A stretch of DNA of 64,000 bases, taken from a virus. The position numbers and the translations under genes were made by a program. The notes under the pieces were generated by a model. That model saw only the letters and a list, made by a program, of their open reading frames with translations. It was not told where the DNA came from and did no database searches. Of this stretch, positions 40,564-50,365 are shown one piece after another (within the stretch, counting starts at the first letter, position 1; every line of letters starts with the position of its first letter). The DNA lies in the IMG/VR virus record IMGVR_UViG_3300025137_000017, positions 71,612 to 135,611 of that record, one strand, 5' to 3'.

Positions 40564-42852
40564 ATGACAAAAGAAATTGGCGTACTCAAACGAGATGGCT
40601 CGAAAGAAAAATTAGATTTAGAAAAGATGCATAATGTAGTATTTTATGCATGTGAGGGGATAACAGGTGTTAGTGCTAGTGAAGTAGAAATTAAAAGTCA
40701 TTTACAATTTTACGATGGTATTAAATCAACAGACATACAAGAAACATTAATCAAATCCGCCGCTGATTTAATTAGCGAAGAGACTCCTGGATACCAATGG
40801 GTAGCAGGTAGACTAATTAACTATCATCTTCGTAAGAATGTATATGATAGTTTTATACCCTGGCACCTCAAGGATGTTATTACAAAAAACATTGAACTTG
40901 GTTACTATGATGCAGAGATAACAAACTCATATACAGAAGAAGAACTTAATTTAGCTGATTCATATATTAAGCACGCCAGAGATGAAAACATTGCTTATGT
41001 AGGTATGGAACAATTCAGAGGCAAGTATCTTGCACAGAATCGTGTGACTGGTGACATTTATGAAACGCCACAAATTACATACATGATGATTTCATTAGTT
41101 TTATTTGGTAACTATCCTACAGACGAACGTATGAAGTGGGTTAAAGACTACTATGATGCAGTTAGTAACTTTGATATTAGTTTGCCTACACCAGTTATGG
41201 CAGGAGTTCGTACTCCACAAAGGCAGTTTTCTTCCTGTGTTCTAATAGAAACAGATGATAGTTTAGATAGTATTAATGCAACATCAAGTGCTATTGTTAA
41301 GTATGTCTCACAGAAGGCAGGCATTGGTATTGGTGCTGGAAAGATTCGTGCTATTGGTAGTCCGATTAGACGTGGTGATGCAAGTCATACTGGTGTTATT
41401 CCATTTTATAAATTATTTCAGTCAAGTGTTAAGTCATGTAGCCAAGGTGGTGTACGTGGTGGAGCGGCAACTCTATACTATCCTATTTGGCATTTAGAAG
41501 TAGAAGACTTACTAGTACTAAAGAATAACAAAGGTACAGAAGACAACAGAGTAAGACACATGGATTATGGAGTTCAGTTTAATAAACTTATGTATGAAAG
41601 ATTACTTACAAATAAAGATATAACTTTGTTCTCACCTGGTGATGTGCCAGGACTTAATGATGCATTCTTTAATGATCAAGATGAATTTAAAAGATTGTAT
41701 GAAGAAGCAGAAAGTAATACAAAACTCCGCAAGAAAACAATACCAGCTGGTGCTTTATTTGGTATGTTTATGGAAGAACGTAAGAATACAGGACGCATTT
41801 ACTTAATGAATGTAGATCATGCAAATACCCATAGTTCATTTGATGAAACAGTAGCACCTATTCACCAATCTAATCTATGTTGTGAGATTAATTTACCTAC
41901 TAAGCCACTAAATCATATTATGGATGAAGAAGGCGAAATTAGCCTCTGTACTCTTAGTGCTATTAATTGGGGCAACATCAAGACTCCAGCAGACTTTGAA
42001 AAACCTGCGGCTCTGGCAGTTCGTGGACTTGATGCATTATTAGATTATCAAAATTATCCAGTATTGGCGGCAGAACTTAGTACAATGAAAAGACGTCCAT
42101 TAGGTATTGGTATTATTAACTTTGCATACTGGTTGGCAAAAAATGATACAAGCTATCAGGATCCAAATCTAGAACTAGTAGATGAATGGTCAGAAGCATG
42201 GAGTTATTACTTAATTAAAGCAAGTGCAGACTTGGCAATAGAAAAAGGTAGTATTAGTGGCAACATGGAAACAAAATATGGTATAGGCATTACACCTAAC
42301 CAAACATATAAGAAAGAAGTGGATGAGCTAGTACCTCATGTTGAAAGACAAGACTGGTCGGGTTTACGTGAACAGTTAAAAGCAACAGGTATTCGTAATA
42401 GCACATTAATGGCACTTATGCCTAGTGAAACGTCTGCACAAATTAGTAACAGTACTAATGGCATTGAACCTCCTAGAGCGTTTGTGAGTGTAAAGCAGAG
42501 TAAAGATGGCGTTTTAAAGCAAGTTGTTCCTGGATATCCACGCCTTAAAAATAAATACGATTTGCTATGGGATCAGAAGTCACCTGAAGGTTACTTAAAG
42601 ATTATGGCAGTTATGCAAAAATATATTGATCAGGGTATTAGTGTAAACACAAGTTACAACCCTGAACACTATCCAGACGAAAAGATACCTATGAGTGTAC
42701 TATTACAACATCTTGTAATGTTCTACAAATATGGTGGTAAGCAACTATACTATTTCAATACCTATGACGGACAGGGCGAGATAGAATTTAAAGATGAACC
42801 GTTAGCACAAGGAATAGAAGATGACGCAGATTGCGAAGCATGTACGATATAG
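40564..42852 (+). CDS. nrdA: ribonucleotide reductase class Ia alpha subunit
   Basis: ATP cone VLKRDG, QFSSCVL, SNLCCEI, MPSETSAQ, KQLYY, C-terminal CEACTI; no intein. Confidence 0.97.
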   Translation: MTKEIGVLKRDGSKEKLDLEKMHNVVFYACEGITGVSASEVEIKSHLQFYDGIKSTDIQETLIKSAADLISEETPGYQWVAGRLINYHLRKNVYDSFIPWHLKDVITKNIELGYYDAEITNSYTEEELNLADSYIKHARDENIAYVGMEQFRGKYLAQNRVTGDIYETPQITYMMISLVLFGNYPTDERMKWVKDYYDAVSNFDISLPTPVMAGVRTPQRQFSSCVLIETDDSLDSINATSSAIVKYVSQKAGIGIGAGKIRAIGSPIRRGDASHTGVIPFYKLFQSSVKSCSQGGVRGGAATLYYPIWHLEVEDLLVLKNNKGTEDNRVRHMDYGVQFNKLMYERLLTNKDITLFSPGDVPGLNDAFFNDQDEFKRLYEEAESNTKLRKKTIPAGALFGMFMEERKNTGRIYLMNVDHANTHSSFDETVAPIHQSNLCCEINLPTKPLNHIMDEEGEISLCTLSAINWGNIKTPADFEKPAALAVRGLDALLDYQNYPVLAAELSTMKRRPLGIGIINFAYWLAKNDTSYQDPNLELVDEWSEAWSYYLIKASADLAIEKGSISGNMETKYGIGITPNQTYKKEVDELVPHVERQDWSGLREQLKATGIRNSTLMALMPSETSAQISNSTNGIEPPRAFVSVKQSKDGVLKQVVPGYPRLKNKYDLLWDQKSPEGYLKIMAVMQKYIDQGISVNTSYNPEHYPDEKIPMSVLLQHLVMFYKYGGKQLYYFNTYDGQGEIEFKDEPLAQGIEDDADCEACTI

Positions 42853-42867
42853 AGGACAAGGAATAAG

Positions 42868-43995
42868 ATGACTGTTTTAAACATAGACAACAAGAAAAAT
42901 CACACAGAAGCTAATGCATTTCTAGACGAAGCTCTAGGCATGCAACGTTACGACACAATGAAGTATAAGCAGTTTGATAAACTAACTGACAAACAACTAG
43001 GTTTCTTTTGGAGACCTGAAGAAGTTGATGTAAGTAAGGATTCCAAAGACTTTAAGGATCTTACTGAACATGAGCAACACATCTTTACAAGTAATCTAAA
43101 AAGACAGATCCTACTTGATAGTGTACAAGGGAGAGCACCAAACGAGGCATTCAGTCCTATTGTTTCTTTGCCTGAACTAGAAAATTGGATCATTACTTGG
43201 ACATTTAGTGAGACAATTCATAGTAGAAGTTACACACATATTATCCGTAATATCTTTAGTGACCCAAGTAAAATCTTTGATGAGCTAATGGATTCGCAAG
43301 AAATTGTTGATTGTGCTGGAGACATTTCCAAGTACTATGATGGACTAATTGAAACGAGTATGTATTATAGATTACTGGGAGAAGGCAAACATAAAGTAAA
43401 CGGCAAGACTATAAATGTTGACCTATACGATCTAAAGAAGAAGATCTGGTTATGCATGAATAGTGTTAACGTACTAGAAGGTATTCGCTTCTATGTATCG
43501 TTTGCATGTAGTTGGGCGTTTGCTGAACTTAAAAAGATGGAAGGCAATGCTAAGATTATTAAGTTTATTGCCCGCGATGAGAATGTGCATCTTGGTTCAA
43601 CACAATACCTAATAAGTAAAGTACTAACAAAAGAAGATCCAGATTTTGCAAAGATTGCCGTTGAATGTGCTGATGAAGTTCAGCAAATGTTTGTAGATGC
43701 AGTTGAGCAAGAAAAAGATTGGGCGAGCTATCTATTTAAAGATGGATCAATGATTGGGCTTAATGCACAATTATTAAGTAACTATATTGAATGGATTGCT
43801 TGTAAGAGAATGACAGCATTAGGATTAAAATGTCCTTATACAACCACACAAGCAAACCCATTGCCCTGGACACAGAAGTGGATATCAGGAGCAGAAGTAC
43901 AAGTTGCACCACAAGAAACAGAAATCTCCAGCTACGTTATTGGAGGTGTGAAACAAGATGTTGATACTGAAACTTTTGCAGGACTAAGTTTATAA
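42868..43995 (+). CDS. nrdB: ribonucleotide reductase class Ia beta subunit
   Basis: FFWRPEE, LLDSVQGR, ETIHSRSY, LEGIRFY, RDENVH, PQETEISSY. Confidence 0.97.
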   Translation: MTVLNIDNKKNHTEANAFLDEALGMQRYDTMKYKQFDKLTDKQLGFFWRPEEVDVSKDSKDFKDLTEHEQHIFTSNLKRQILLDSVQGRAPNEAFSPIVSLPELENWIITWTFSETIHSRSYTHIIRNIFSDPSKIFDELMDSQEIVDCAGDISKYYDGLIETSMYYRLLGEGKHKVNGKTINVDLYDLKKKIWLCMNSVNVLEGIRFYVSFACSWAFAELKKMEGNAKIIKFIARDENVHLGSTQYLISKVLTKEDPDFAKIAVECADEVQQMFVDAVEQEKDWASYLFKDGSMIGLNAQLLSNYIEWIACKRMTALGLKCPYTTTQANPLPWTQKWISGAEVQVAPQETEISSYVIGGVKQDVDTETFAGLSL

Positions 43996-44008
43996 ACAGG
44001 AGCCGGCA

Positions 44009-44269
44009 ATGTCTCAAAACATTGAAGTTTATAGTAAAGAGAATTGCGCCTATTGTATCAGAGCCAAACGCCTACTTGAAAGTATGCATATACAATATGT
44101 GGAAAAGAAGATTGGCGTAGACGTCACAAGAGAGCAACTATTAGAAGTAGCACCACAAGCCAGAACAGTACCACAGATTGTTATTAGTGGTAAAGTTATT
44201 GGTGGCTATAACGACTTAGTTGCATACATGGAAAACAGTAATTTTAACGGAACAGGATACGGATCATAA
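44009..44269 (+). CDS. glutaredoxin
   Basis: CAYC, TVPQI, IGGY. Confidence 0.9.
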   Translation: MSQNIEVYSKENCAYCIRAKRLLESMHIQYVEKKIGVDVTREQLLEVAPQARTVPQIVISGKVIGGYNDLVAYMENSNFNGTGYGS

Positions 44270-44270
44270 A

Positions 44271-44567
44271 ATGTTAATAGAAGCACCATATAAGGTTGGC
44301 GATATCGTCAGCATCAAACTATCAAGTGGCGAAGAAATGGTAGCCACTCTACAATCAGAAACAGACAGCTTAGTAGAGATTAGAAAGCCTCTAATGTTAG
44401 TAGCAGGAAAAGACACTACAATGGGACTTGCTCCCTTTATGTTTACCGTCGGTCCTGATGCTAAGTACAAAATCAAGCTAAATAATATTATATGTATAGT
44501 AAAGACGGAAAAGGATGCCGCTAGTACATATACACAGAGTACATCAGGTTTAGCGGTAGTTAATTAA
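44271..44567 (+). CDS. small Sm-like-fold hypothetical protein
   Basis: IVSIKLSSGEE...IRKPL; start at MLIEAPY. Confidence 0.55.
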   Translation: MLIEAPYKVGDIVSIKLSSGEEMVATLQSETDSLVEIRKPLMLVAGKDTTMGLAPFMFTVGPDAKYKIKLNNIICIVKTEKDAASTYTQSTSGLAVVN

Positions 44568-44854
44568 TGGCAGCAGTTCATAGAGATACAGATAGTAGAA
44601 GTTGTGGCGCCAGTACAATTGCGGCTAATCCCAACGTTTTTACTAACAATCTCTTGACTGCTATAGACGGAAATCCCAATAGTCATGGTGGTGGAGGCTT
44701 AGTTGCCGCCAACCCCAATGTTTTTATTGGTAATAAGTTAACAGTAATACAAGGTAACGGTGCTAATCCGGACAGTCTATGTCCTATCCCTGGCGGGCCA
44801 CATTGTAGTCCGTCAGCGACAAGTGGCAGTGGCAACGTGTACATAGGAGGTTAA
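44567..44854 (+). CDS. PAAR spike-tip protein (gp5.4-like)
   Basis: AVHR..D..SCG, repeated NPNVF, H..., SGSGNVYIG. Confidence 0.8.
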   Translation: MAAVHRDTDSRSCGASTIAANPNVFTNNLLTAIDGNPNSHGGGGLVAANPNVFIGNKLTVIQGNGANPDSLCPIPGGPHCSPSATSGSGNVYIGG

Positions 44855-44855
44855 C

Positions 44856-46532
44856 ATGGTTGACTTTGTAGGCGGCGTAGCCAATGCTAATGAATATTTA
44901 AATAGAACAGTTAGCATACCAACAAGTGTAACAGTTAATGACCTAGGTACTGTAACAACTACAACAACAGACGTAACAGTTAGAGAGATTATTTGTAGCC
45001 TACTAGCTGGTAATGGTATTAAACTTCCAAATCTACAGATTTGTTTAAAGGTAAACTTGGGTAGACTTATACCTGAGATACCGGCGGCTCTTGCAGACCT
45101 AAGAACGGCACTAACACAAGCTGAACAAGAACTAGAAAACTTTATAGCACATACAGACATTGAGAATGTACTTAATCGTATGAACTCCGCCATTGCTGAG
45201 GTGGCGGCTGTTGCCAATATGATTAACTTTTGTGGAACACCGATTGTACCTAGAGCAATACCAAACGTACTAGCAGACGCTTTCGGTAGTTTTACAGGTG
45301 CTGGACATGACCTACTAGATAGTTTAGGCACACTAGCAACTAGTGAAATTGGTGGTTGTATTAGTACAAGCGGTGGATTCAAAGCAGACTTATTTACAGG
45401 TGGACTACTAAAAGATATTGGTGACAACCTAGCCAATATTGCTAGTCTACCAGCATCAATTACTGATCAATGGACTGCAACTGCAAATAAATTTAAAACA
45501 GATATGAAAGCACTAGTTGAACTAGAAAATAAGTTCGGTAGTGGATCAACAGAGAGCAAAGGCGGTAGTAACTTTGCACCAAATAATCGTGTTAACACAA
45601 ATGTAGGTGTTGCAATTGATGTTGAAAATATGAGTATCCAACAAGCACAAAGACTTGGTGCTGGATTAAAAGGATCATATGATCAACTAAAAGGATATGA
45701 AGTAGACGGTCAGGGAAATAATATCTTCCATTATATACTTGAACCTGAAATGATTGCTAAACTAGAGGCTACAATTGATCCAGTTAATGATGTAAGCGAT
45801 CGTATACCAACATATGATTATTGTGGTAAAGTAATTGGATATACAGATGTTCCTAAACAAACTACAACAGCAAAATCAACTGGCGAGGCGGCTGTTCTAC
45901 CAACACAGCCTGGACTAGACGGTATATCAACAAGTGGAACTATAGTAAATGCACCACCAAGTTCAACAGTAAATCTAGGAGCACCAACTAGTAGCAGTGG
46001 CGGAGGAGCATCGGCAAGTGGATATGCAACTGATGCCGATTTGGCATCTGCTATTGCAGGAATAACAGTCGTACAAAATGCAGTCGGAACGGCAGGACTA
46101 ACATATAGTGGTACAAGCCCAGGAGTATTAACATATACACCACCTGATCTAACTGGCTTACCTCTAACAAGTAGTTTAGCAAGTGTGGCCTTTAATGGTG
46201 ACTATAACAGTTTAATTAATAGACCAAGCACATTATCAAATCAGACACTAAACACAACAGATTCAGTAGTATTTGCTACTGTAACAACTACAAATTTCAA
46301 TACAACAGGTACAGGCACAAGTAACTTTAGTGCTGTCGATATTACAATGAATGCAAGTAATAGAACAAGTGTACTTGGCGGTCCATTTCGTTTACCCAAC
46401 TTAACTACTGCACAACGAGGTGCAATCGGATCACCAGTGGGTGGAGATATGATATTTAACTCAACTACAAACAAGGTTAATGTTTATCAGGGAACTGGCT
46501 GGATCAACTTAGATGATGGCTCAGCTGCTTAA
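44856..46532 (+). CDS. virion protein with fibre-like C-terminus
   Basis: LASVAFNGDYNSLINRP and LPNLTTAQR...GDMIFNSTTNK..Y.G.GW fibre motifs; between PAAR and protease. Confidence 0.55.
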   Translation: MVDFVGGVANANEYLNRTVSIPTSVTVNDLGTVTTTTTDVTVREIICSLLAGNGIKLPNLQICLKVNLGRLIPEIPAALADLRTALTQAEQELENFIAHTDIENVLNRMNSAIAEVAAVANMINFCGTPIVPRAIPNVLADAFGSFTGAGHDLLDSLGTLATSEIGGCISTSGGFKADLFTGGLLKDIGDNLANIASLPASITDQWTATANKFKTDMKALVELENKFGSGSTESKGGSNFAPNNRVNTNVGVAIDVENMSIQQAQRLGAGLKGSYDQLKGYEVDGQGNNIFHYILEPEMIAKLEATIDPVNDVSDRIPTYDYCGKVIGYTDVPKQTTTAKSTGEAAVLPTQPGLDGISTSGTIVNAPPSSTVNLGAPTSSSGGGASASGYATDADLASAIAGITVVQNAVGTAGLTYSGTSPGVLTYTPPDLTGLPLTSSLASVAFNGDYNSLINRPSTLSNQTLNTTDSVVFATVTTTNFNTTGTGTSNFSAVDITMNASNRTSVLGGPFRLPNLTTAQRGAIGSPVGGDMIFNSTTNKVNVYQGTGWINLDDGSAA

Positions 46533-48040
46533 TGGAAGAGTATCTAGTAACTCTTAAAAAAGGTGTTGACTTTGATGCATTTTGGCAAGACATGGAAACA
46601 CCCGGTGGATTATATATCCCAGATAGAAGTGTTGATGTATCCAATAGAAAACCAGCAAGTACTCGTACAACCGGCTATCAATTAACAGCCGAAGAGGCTT
46701 TGACCCTAGAAAACGATCCAAGAGTATTAGCAGTACAGACTAACGTTCCTATAGATGCTAAAGGTATAGATGCTATACAGAGTGGTGTCTTTAGTAGAGC
46801 AAGTAGCAAAAACGGTGCTTATGTTAATTGGGGTTTACGTTGTTCAAATGTTAGTATTATAGAATCATCACCAGGAAGCCAATTTAGTCATACATTAGAT
46901 GGAACAGGTGTTGACATTGTTATACAAGACAATGGTGTGATGACTGGACATCCTGAGTGGGAAGATGCCAACGGTGTTACACGATTAAAAGAGATAGATT
47001 GGTATGCAGTTACTGGTGTTAGTGGATCAATGAATGCGGCTCACTATGGCGATGTAGGACCTCATGGTACACATGTAGCTGGAACCGCCGCAGGCAAAAC
47101 ATATGGTTGGGCCAAGAATGCAAATATATATTCAATGCGATTTGACTCAGGTGGTGGTATTGATGATACTGATGTATTTGATTTAATTAGAATATGGCAT
47201 AATCAGAAACCAATTACAGCAACAGGATTTAAACGGCCTACTATTGTTAATGCTAGTTGGGGTTATAGATGGTATTATCCAGGCACACACCCTAGTCAAA
47301 CTGGTACAATAACAGAACTAAATTATAGAGGAGCCAACGTGGGAACCTCAAGGGCAATACAGTATGGTAACACCAACACCAAACATAACATGTCAGGCGT
47401 GACGGCTATAGATGCGGCTTGTGAAGACATGACAGATGCTGGCGTTATATTAGTTAAGGCGGCGGGTAACTATTATCATAAAACAGATATACTTGGCGGA
47501 AACGATTACGATAACTATTATAAGTGTAGTACTACCTGGGCTAGTACTGTATCAGTCGGCTCCCCAATTTACTATCATAGACCCGGTACACCACATAGCG
47601 ATGATACAATAGTAGTGGCAAATGTAAGTAATGTACAGAGTGGTAGTTTTGAGAATTTATCCAATTCAAGTGAAAAAGGTCCACGAATAGATATTAGTGC
47701 TCCTGGAAGCCAAATAACAAGTGCAACAAATACTACTGGATATGGTGTAGTATATGATAATGACTATCCTCCAGACAGTAATTATAATATTTCTAGAATA
47801 AGTGGAACTAGTATGGCAAGTCCACAAGTTACAGGCGTTCTAGCATGTTTTCTACAGATTAATCCAGGTGCAACTGCACAACAATGTAAAGCCTTTCTAA
47901 CTGCCAACAGTAAAGCATTTATGAATATGGGCACCGGTACTGGTAATGATTATGGCAATAATCAAAGTCAACAGGGTGGTCCTAATAGATTTCTACACCA
48001 ACCGTTCAACGGTTCACAAGTTCTTACCCTAACTGGATAA
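46532..48040 (+). CDS. subtilisin-like S8 serine peptidase
   Basis: GTGVDIVIQDNG (Asp), HGTHVAGT (His), AAGN oxyanion, SGTSMASPQV (Ser); N-terminal propeptide. Confidence 0.9.
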   Translation: MEEYLVTLKKGVDFDAFWQDMETPGGLYIPDRSVDVSNRKPASTRTTGYQLTAEEALTLENDPRVLAVQTNVPIDAKGIDAIQSGVFSRASSKNGAYVNWGLRCSNVSIIESSPGSQFSHTLDGTGVDIVIQDNGVMTGHPEWEDANGVTRLKEIDWYAVTGVSGSMNAAHYGDVGPHGTHVAGTAAGKTYGWAKNANIYSMRFDSGGGIDDTDVFDLIRIWHNQKPITATGFKRPTIVNASWGYRWYYPGTHPSQTGTITELNYRGANVGTSRAIQYGNTNTKHNMSGVTAIDAACEDMTDAGVILVKAAGNYYHKTDILGGNDYDNYYKCSTTWASTVSVGSPIYYHRPGTPHSDDTIVVANVSNVQSGSFENLSNSSEKGPRIDISAPGSQITSATNTTGYGVVYDNDYPPDSNYNISRISGTSMASPQVTGVLACFLQINPGATAQQCKAFLTANSKAFMNMGTGTGNDYGNNQSQQGGPNRFLHQPFNGSQVLTLTG

Positions 48041-48158
48041 AAAGTAAGATTAATTCAGAAAAGTAATACATTTAGGTTGACAATAGTGTATATTGTGTTA
48101 TTATAAGTATATTAATAGAACGTAACCAATAACGGTATAAGAGGTTAAAATAAATAAA

Positions 48159-48446
48159 ATGAGAGCTCAAATCTATCCAGATGGAGTGAAGCGTATTAAT
48201 GCAAAAATTGAGATTCCAATGACACACATTGATGTCGCTGAATATGTATTAAGTGCTATAGTCACTGAAAATGTAAATTTAGATCAAGTACAACGGTTAA
48301 ACAAACGAGAGTTACTCCGTGTTGCCAAAGATGAGATCTATACCCAGGGTGTCGATGCACCCAAGCAACAACTTAAAGGTGTTGATAACGAAACGAATAT
48401 TATTGTTCGCAATTATGTAAAGAATATGTTTCCAGAGTTAGTCTAA
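48159..48446 (+). CDS. hypothetical early protein
   Basis: sigma70 promoter TTGACA(48077)-TGtTATTAT(48099); GAGG SD. Confidence 0.6.
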   Translation: MRAQIYPDGVKRINAKIEIPMTHIDVAEYVLSAIVTENVNLDQVQRLNKRELLRVAKDEIYTQGVDAPKQQLKGVDNETNIIVRNYVKNMFPELV

Positions 48447-48650
48447 ATGGCCACTGATAAATATGACACAAATTTTGGCGAAGTTATATGGACAGGTATT
48501 ACATGGACTCCTGAAAAAGGATACGCCTTACCTGTAGAAGATCAACAATTAGAACTGTTCATTGAACCAAATAAACTTGGTATAGATGTGCAGAAAAAGG
48601 TTGACAAACTGTATAAAGATGCTACTATTAATATAGTTGTTGAAGAATAG
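48447..48650 (+). CDS. small hypothetical protein
   Basis: Coupled ORF; its 3' end contains a sigma70 promoter (48601-48628). Confidence 0.45.
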   Translation: MATDKYDTNFGEVIWTGITWTPEKGYALPVEDQQLELFIEPNKLGIDVQKKVDKLYKDATINIVVEE

Positions 48651-48659
48651 GAGAATAAA

Positions 48660-49199
48660 ATGTTAAATAAATTTAAAAAAATATCTCTAGGTATTGCTAT
48701 AAGTACTGGCTTAATGGTATCAGGCTGTGCAACTAGTATGGCAGGTCCTGCCACCTACAATCAAAATGCTACAGTAATTGGTGCAACCCCCAAGTACTCA
48801 ACATCAACACAAAGAATTCCATTTCAAGCATGTACAATGGTAGATGTTCCAATTTACCAACAGTCGCAACAAAATAATAACTCAGCAGGTAATACTCTAA
48901 TGGGTGCTATTATAGGTGGTGCTATTGGTAACCAAATAGGCAACTCCAAGGGCAATGGCGCCGTGGGTGCAGTAATTGGTGGACTGGTTGGTAATTCGCA
49001 TGGTAAGTCTACAACAAACACAATTGTTGGATATAGACAACAGAACCAATGTACAACAACATATACTAATGAAACTGTTGAAAAGTTTATTGGTACATAT
49101 GTCACTGTAGAATATAACGGCATGAAGATGTCTTATACTACACAACGACAAGTTAATGTTGGTGATACTGTAAGAATTAGAGTTTCACTTAATAACTAA
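48660..49199 (+). CDS. glycine-zipper 2TM lipoprotein (YcfJ/SlyB-like)
   Basis: Lipobox VSGC, GAIIGGAIGNQIG...GAVIGGLVG. Confidence 0.8.
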   Translation: MLNKFKKISLGIAISTGLMVSGCATSMAGPATYNQNATVIGATPKYSTSTQRIPFQACTMVDVPIYQQSQQNNNSAGNTLMGAIIGGAIGNQIGNSKGNGAVGAVIGGLVGNSHGKSTTNTIVGYRQQNQCTTTYTNETVEKFIGTYVTVEYNGMKMSYTTQRQVNVGDTVRIRVSLNN

Positions 49200-49205
49200 T
49201 TAACT

Positions 49206-49281
49206 GCCGCAATAGCTCAGTTGGTAGAGCAATGGTTTTGTAAACCATAGGTCCCGAGTTCGAATCTTGGTTGCGGCACCA
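49206..49281 (+). tRNA. tRNA-Thr(TGT)
   Basis: Cloverleaf GCCGCAA/TTGCGGC, anticodon arm ATGGT-TTTGTAA-ACCAT, TTCGAAT, encoded CCA. Confidence 0.95.
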
Positions 49282-49300
49282 TTTTATAGGGAGATAAAAG

Positions 49301-49513
49301 ATGGCTAAAGTAGGAGAACTAATAACACAAGCGGCTCGCAAACAAGCAGAAGGTGAGATTGCAGTACACCTAGCTAACATTGAAGTATACAGGACAATGC
49401 CAGCTGGTATTGGCGAACATTCAGATGTTACAGAAGCCGTGATTGCAGAGTTAAACAAACTTGCAGAAGCAGATGATAGACTATCTATGCTTAACAAATA
49501 CTTTAGCGAATAG
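49301..49513 (+). CDS. small conserved hypothetical protein
   Basis: GGGAG SD; HLANIEVY..MPAGIGEHSD motif. Confidence 0.7.
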   Translation: MAKVGELITQAARKQAEGEIAVHLANIEVYRTMPAGIGEHSDVTEAVIAELNKLAEADDRLSMLNKYFSE

Positions 49514-49569
49514 GGTAGTTACTTAATAAACTCACATAGGCCAACGGTTAGCCTATTAGGACAAAGTAT

Positions 49570-49654
49570 GCGCCTATGGTGGAATTGGTAGACACGCAGG
49601 TTTTAGGTACCTGTGCTTTACGGCGTGGGGGTTCAAGTCCCTCTAGGCGCACCA
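49570..49654 (+). tRNA. tRNA-Leu(TAG)
   Basis: GCGCCTA/TAGGCGC, CAGGT-TTTAGGT-ACCTG, long variable arm, TTCAAGT, CCA. Confidence 0.95.
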
Positions 49655-49794
49655 TACCAAAACTTGTAGATGAGATATTATATCACTGTATGCAAGTAGG
49701 ACAAAACGACTTGGTGGAACAAAATAAACGGACAACGCGGCCACCTGAAAGAATCCGCAACGATAGGAAATACTTATACAAAACAAATATTAAA

Positions 49795-49829
49795 GTAGCC
49801 CTGGCAGTTAAATGCTAGGGTTACATTTT
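49795..49829 (+). terminator. 12-bp hairpin (terminator or processing site)
   Basis: gtagccctggca/tgctagggttac followed by ATTTT. Confidence 0.55.
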
Positions 49830-49844
49830 CAGAGGATACAATAA

Positions 49845-50156
49845 ATGGCAGATCAAGAAAGACATATGGATTACATGACTAGACGTTTAAGAGAAGAACG
49901 TGAAATTGATGAAGCCAATCAAATAAAGACAGTACAAAATATACAGAGTCAATTGACTAAACTAGAAACTAAAATAGATAGTCTAATTGAGCTATTATCG
50001 GTAAAGTGTTACGGTAGCACATCAGTCTCCAAAACTGAGGGCCTGGGTTCGACTCCTAGTACCGATGCCAATAAGAAACTTGATCATTGGATGGAAATGC
50101 ATAACAGTAGCCTAGATCATGAAGGTAAAATGAAAGCAAACTTTTGGAAGGAATAG
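49845..50156 (+). CDS. hypothetical coiled-coil protein whose frame spans tRNA-Trp
   Basis: GAGGA SD, coiled-coil N-half, no stop through the tRNA, next ORF starts 3 nt after stop. Confidence 0.5.
   Translation: MADQERHMDYMTRRLREEREIDEANQIKTVQNIQSQLTKLETKIDSLIELLSVKCYGSTSVSKTEGLGSTPSTDANKKLDHWMEMHNSSLDHEGKMKANFWKE
49997..50070 (+). tRNA. tRNA-Trp(CCA)
   Basis: ATCGGTA/TACCGAT, TCAGT-CTCCAAA-ACTGA, TTCGACT, G73-CCA; atypical A at position 8. Confidence 0.88.
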
Positions 50157-50159
50157 AAA

Positions 50160-50243
50160 ATGAATCCCAACCCACACTACATAAACATGCTTATTAATAT
50201 AGGTATTTTTGGATTACTCATTTACGTTGCAATAAACGTATAA
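50160..50243 (+). CDS. 27-aa hydrophobic peptide (not in ORF track)
   Basis: MNPNPHYINMLINIGIFGLLIYVAINV with AAGGA SD. Confidence 0.4.
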   Translation: MNPNPHYINMLINIGIFGLLIYVAINV

Positions 50244-50249
50244 ACGAAT

Positions 50250-50326
<77 letters not shown>

Positions 50327-50365
50327 AATTATAAATAGTTTAAATACTATTAGAAAGAGAAAATA

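Noticed and set aside
15339-42852. Inteins or introns in terminase, helicases, UvsX, NrdA
   Set aside because: Proteins are of normal length with uninterrupted motifs
49189-49497. 102-aa - strand ORF
   Set aside because: Antisense to tRNA-Thr and a conserved + strand gene
49512-49556. Small hairpin TAGGC/GCCTA before tRNA-Leu
   Set aside because: Short imperfect stem with no promoter; cannot be distinguished from a processing spacer
49713-49772. Hammerhead or HDV/theta ribozyme next to tRNA-Leu
   Set aside because: CTGAAAGA does not fit CUGANGA with a proper stem II/III, and no P3/L3 element is evident; kept only as a pseudoknot candidate
49576-49818. 80-aa ORF in the track
   Set aside because: Starts inside tRNA-Leu, no SD; shadow ORF
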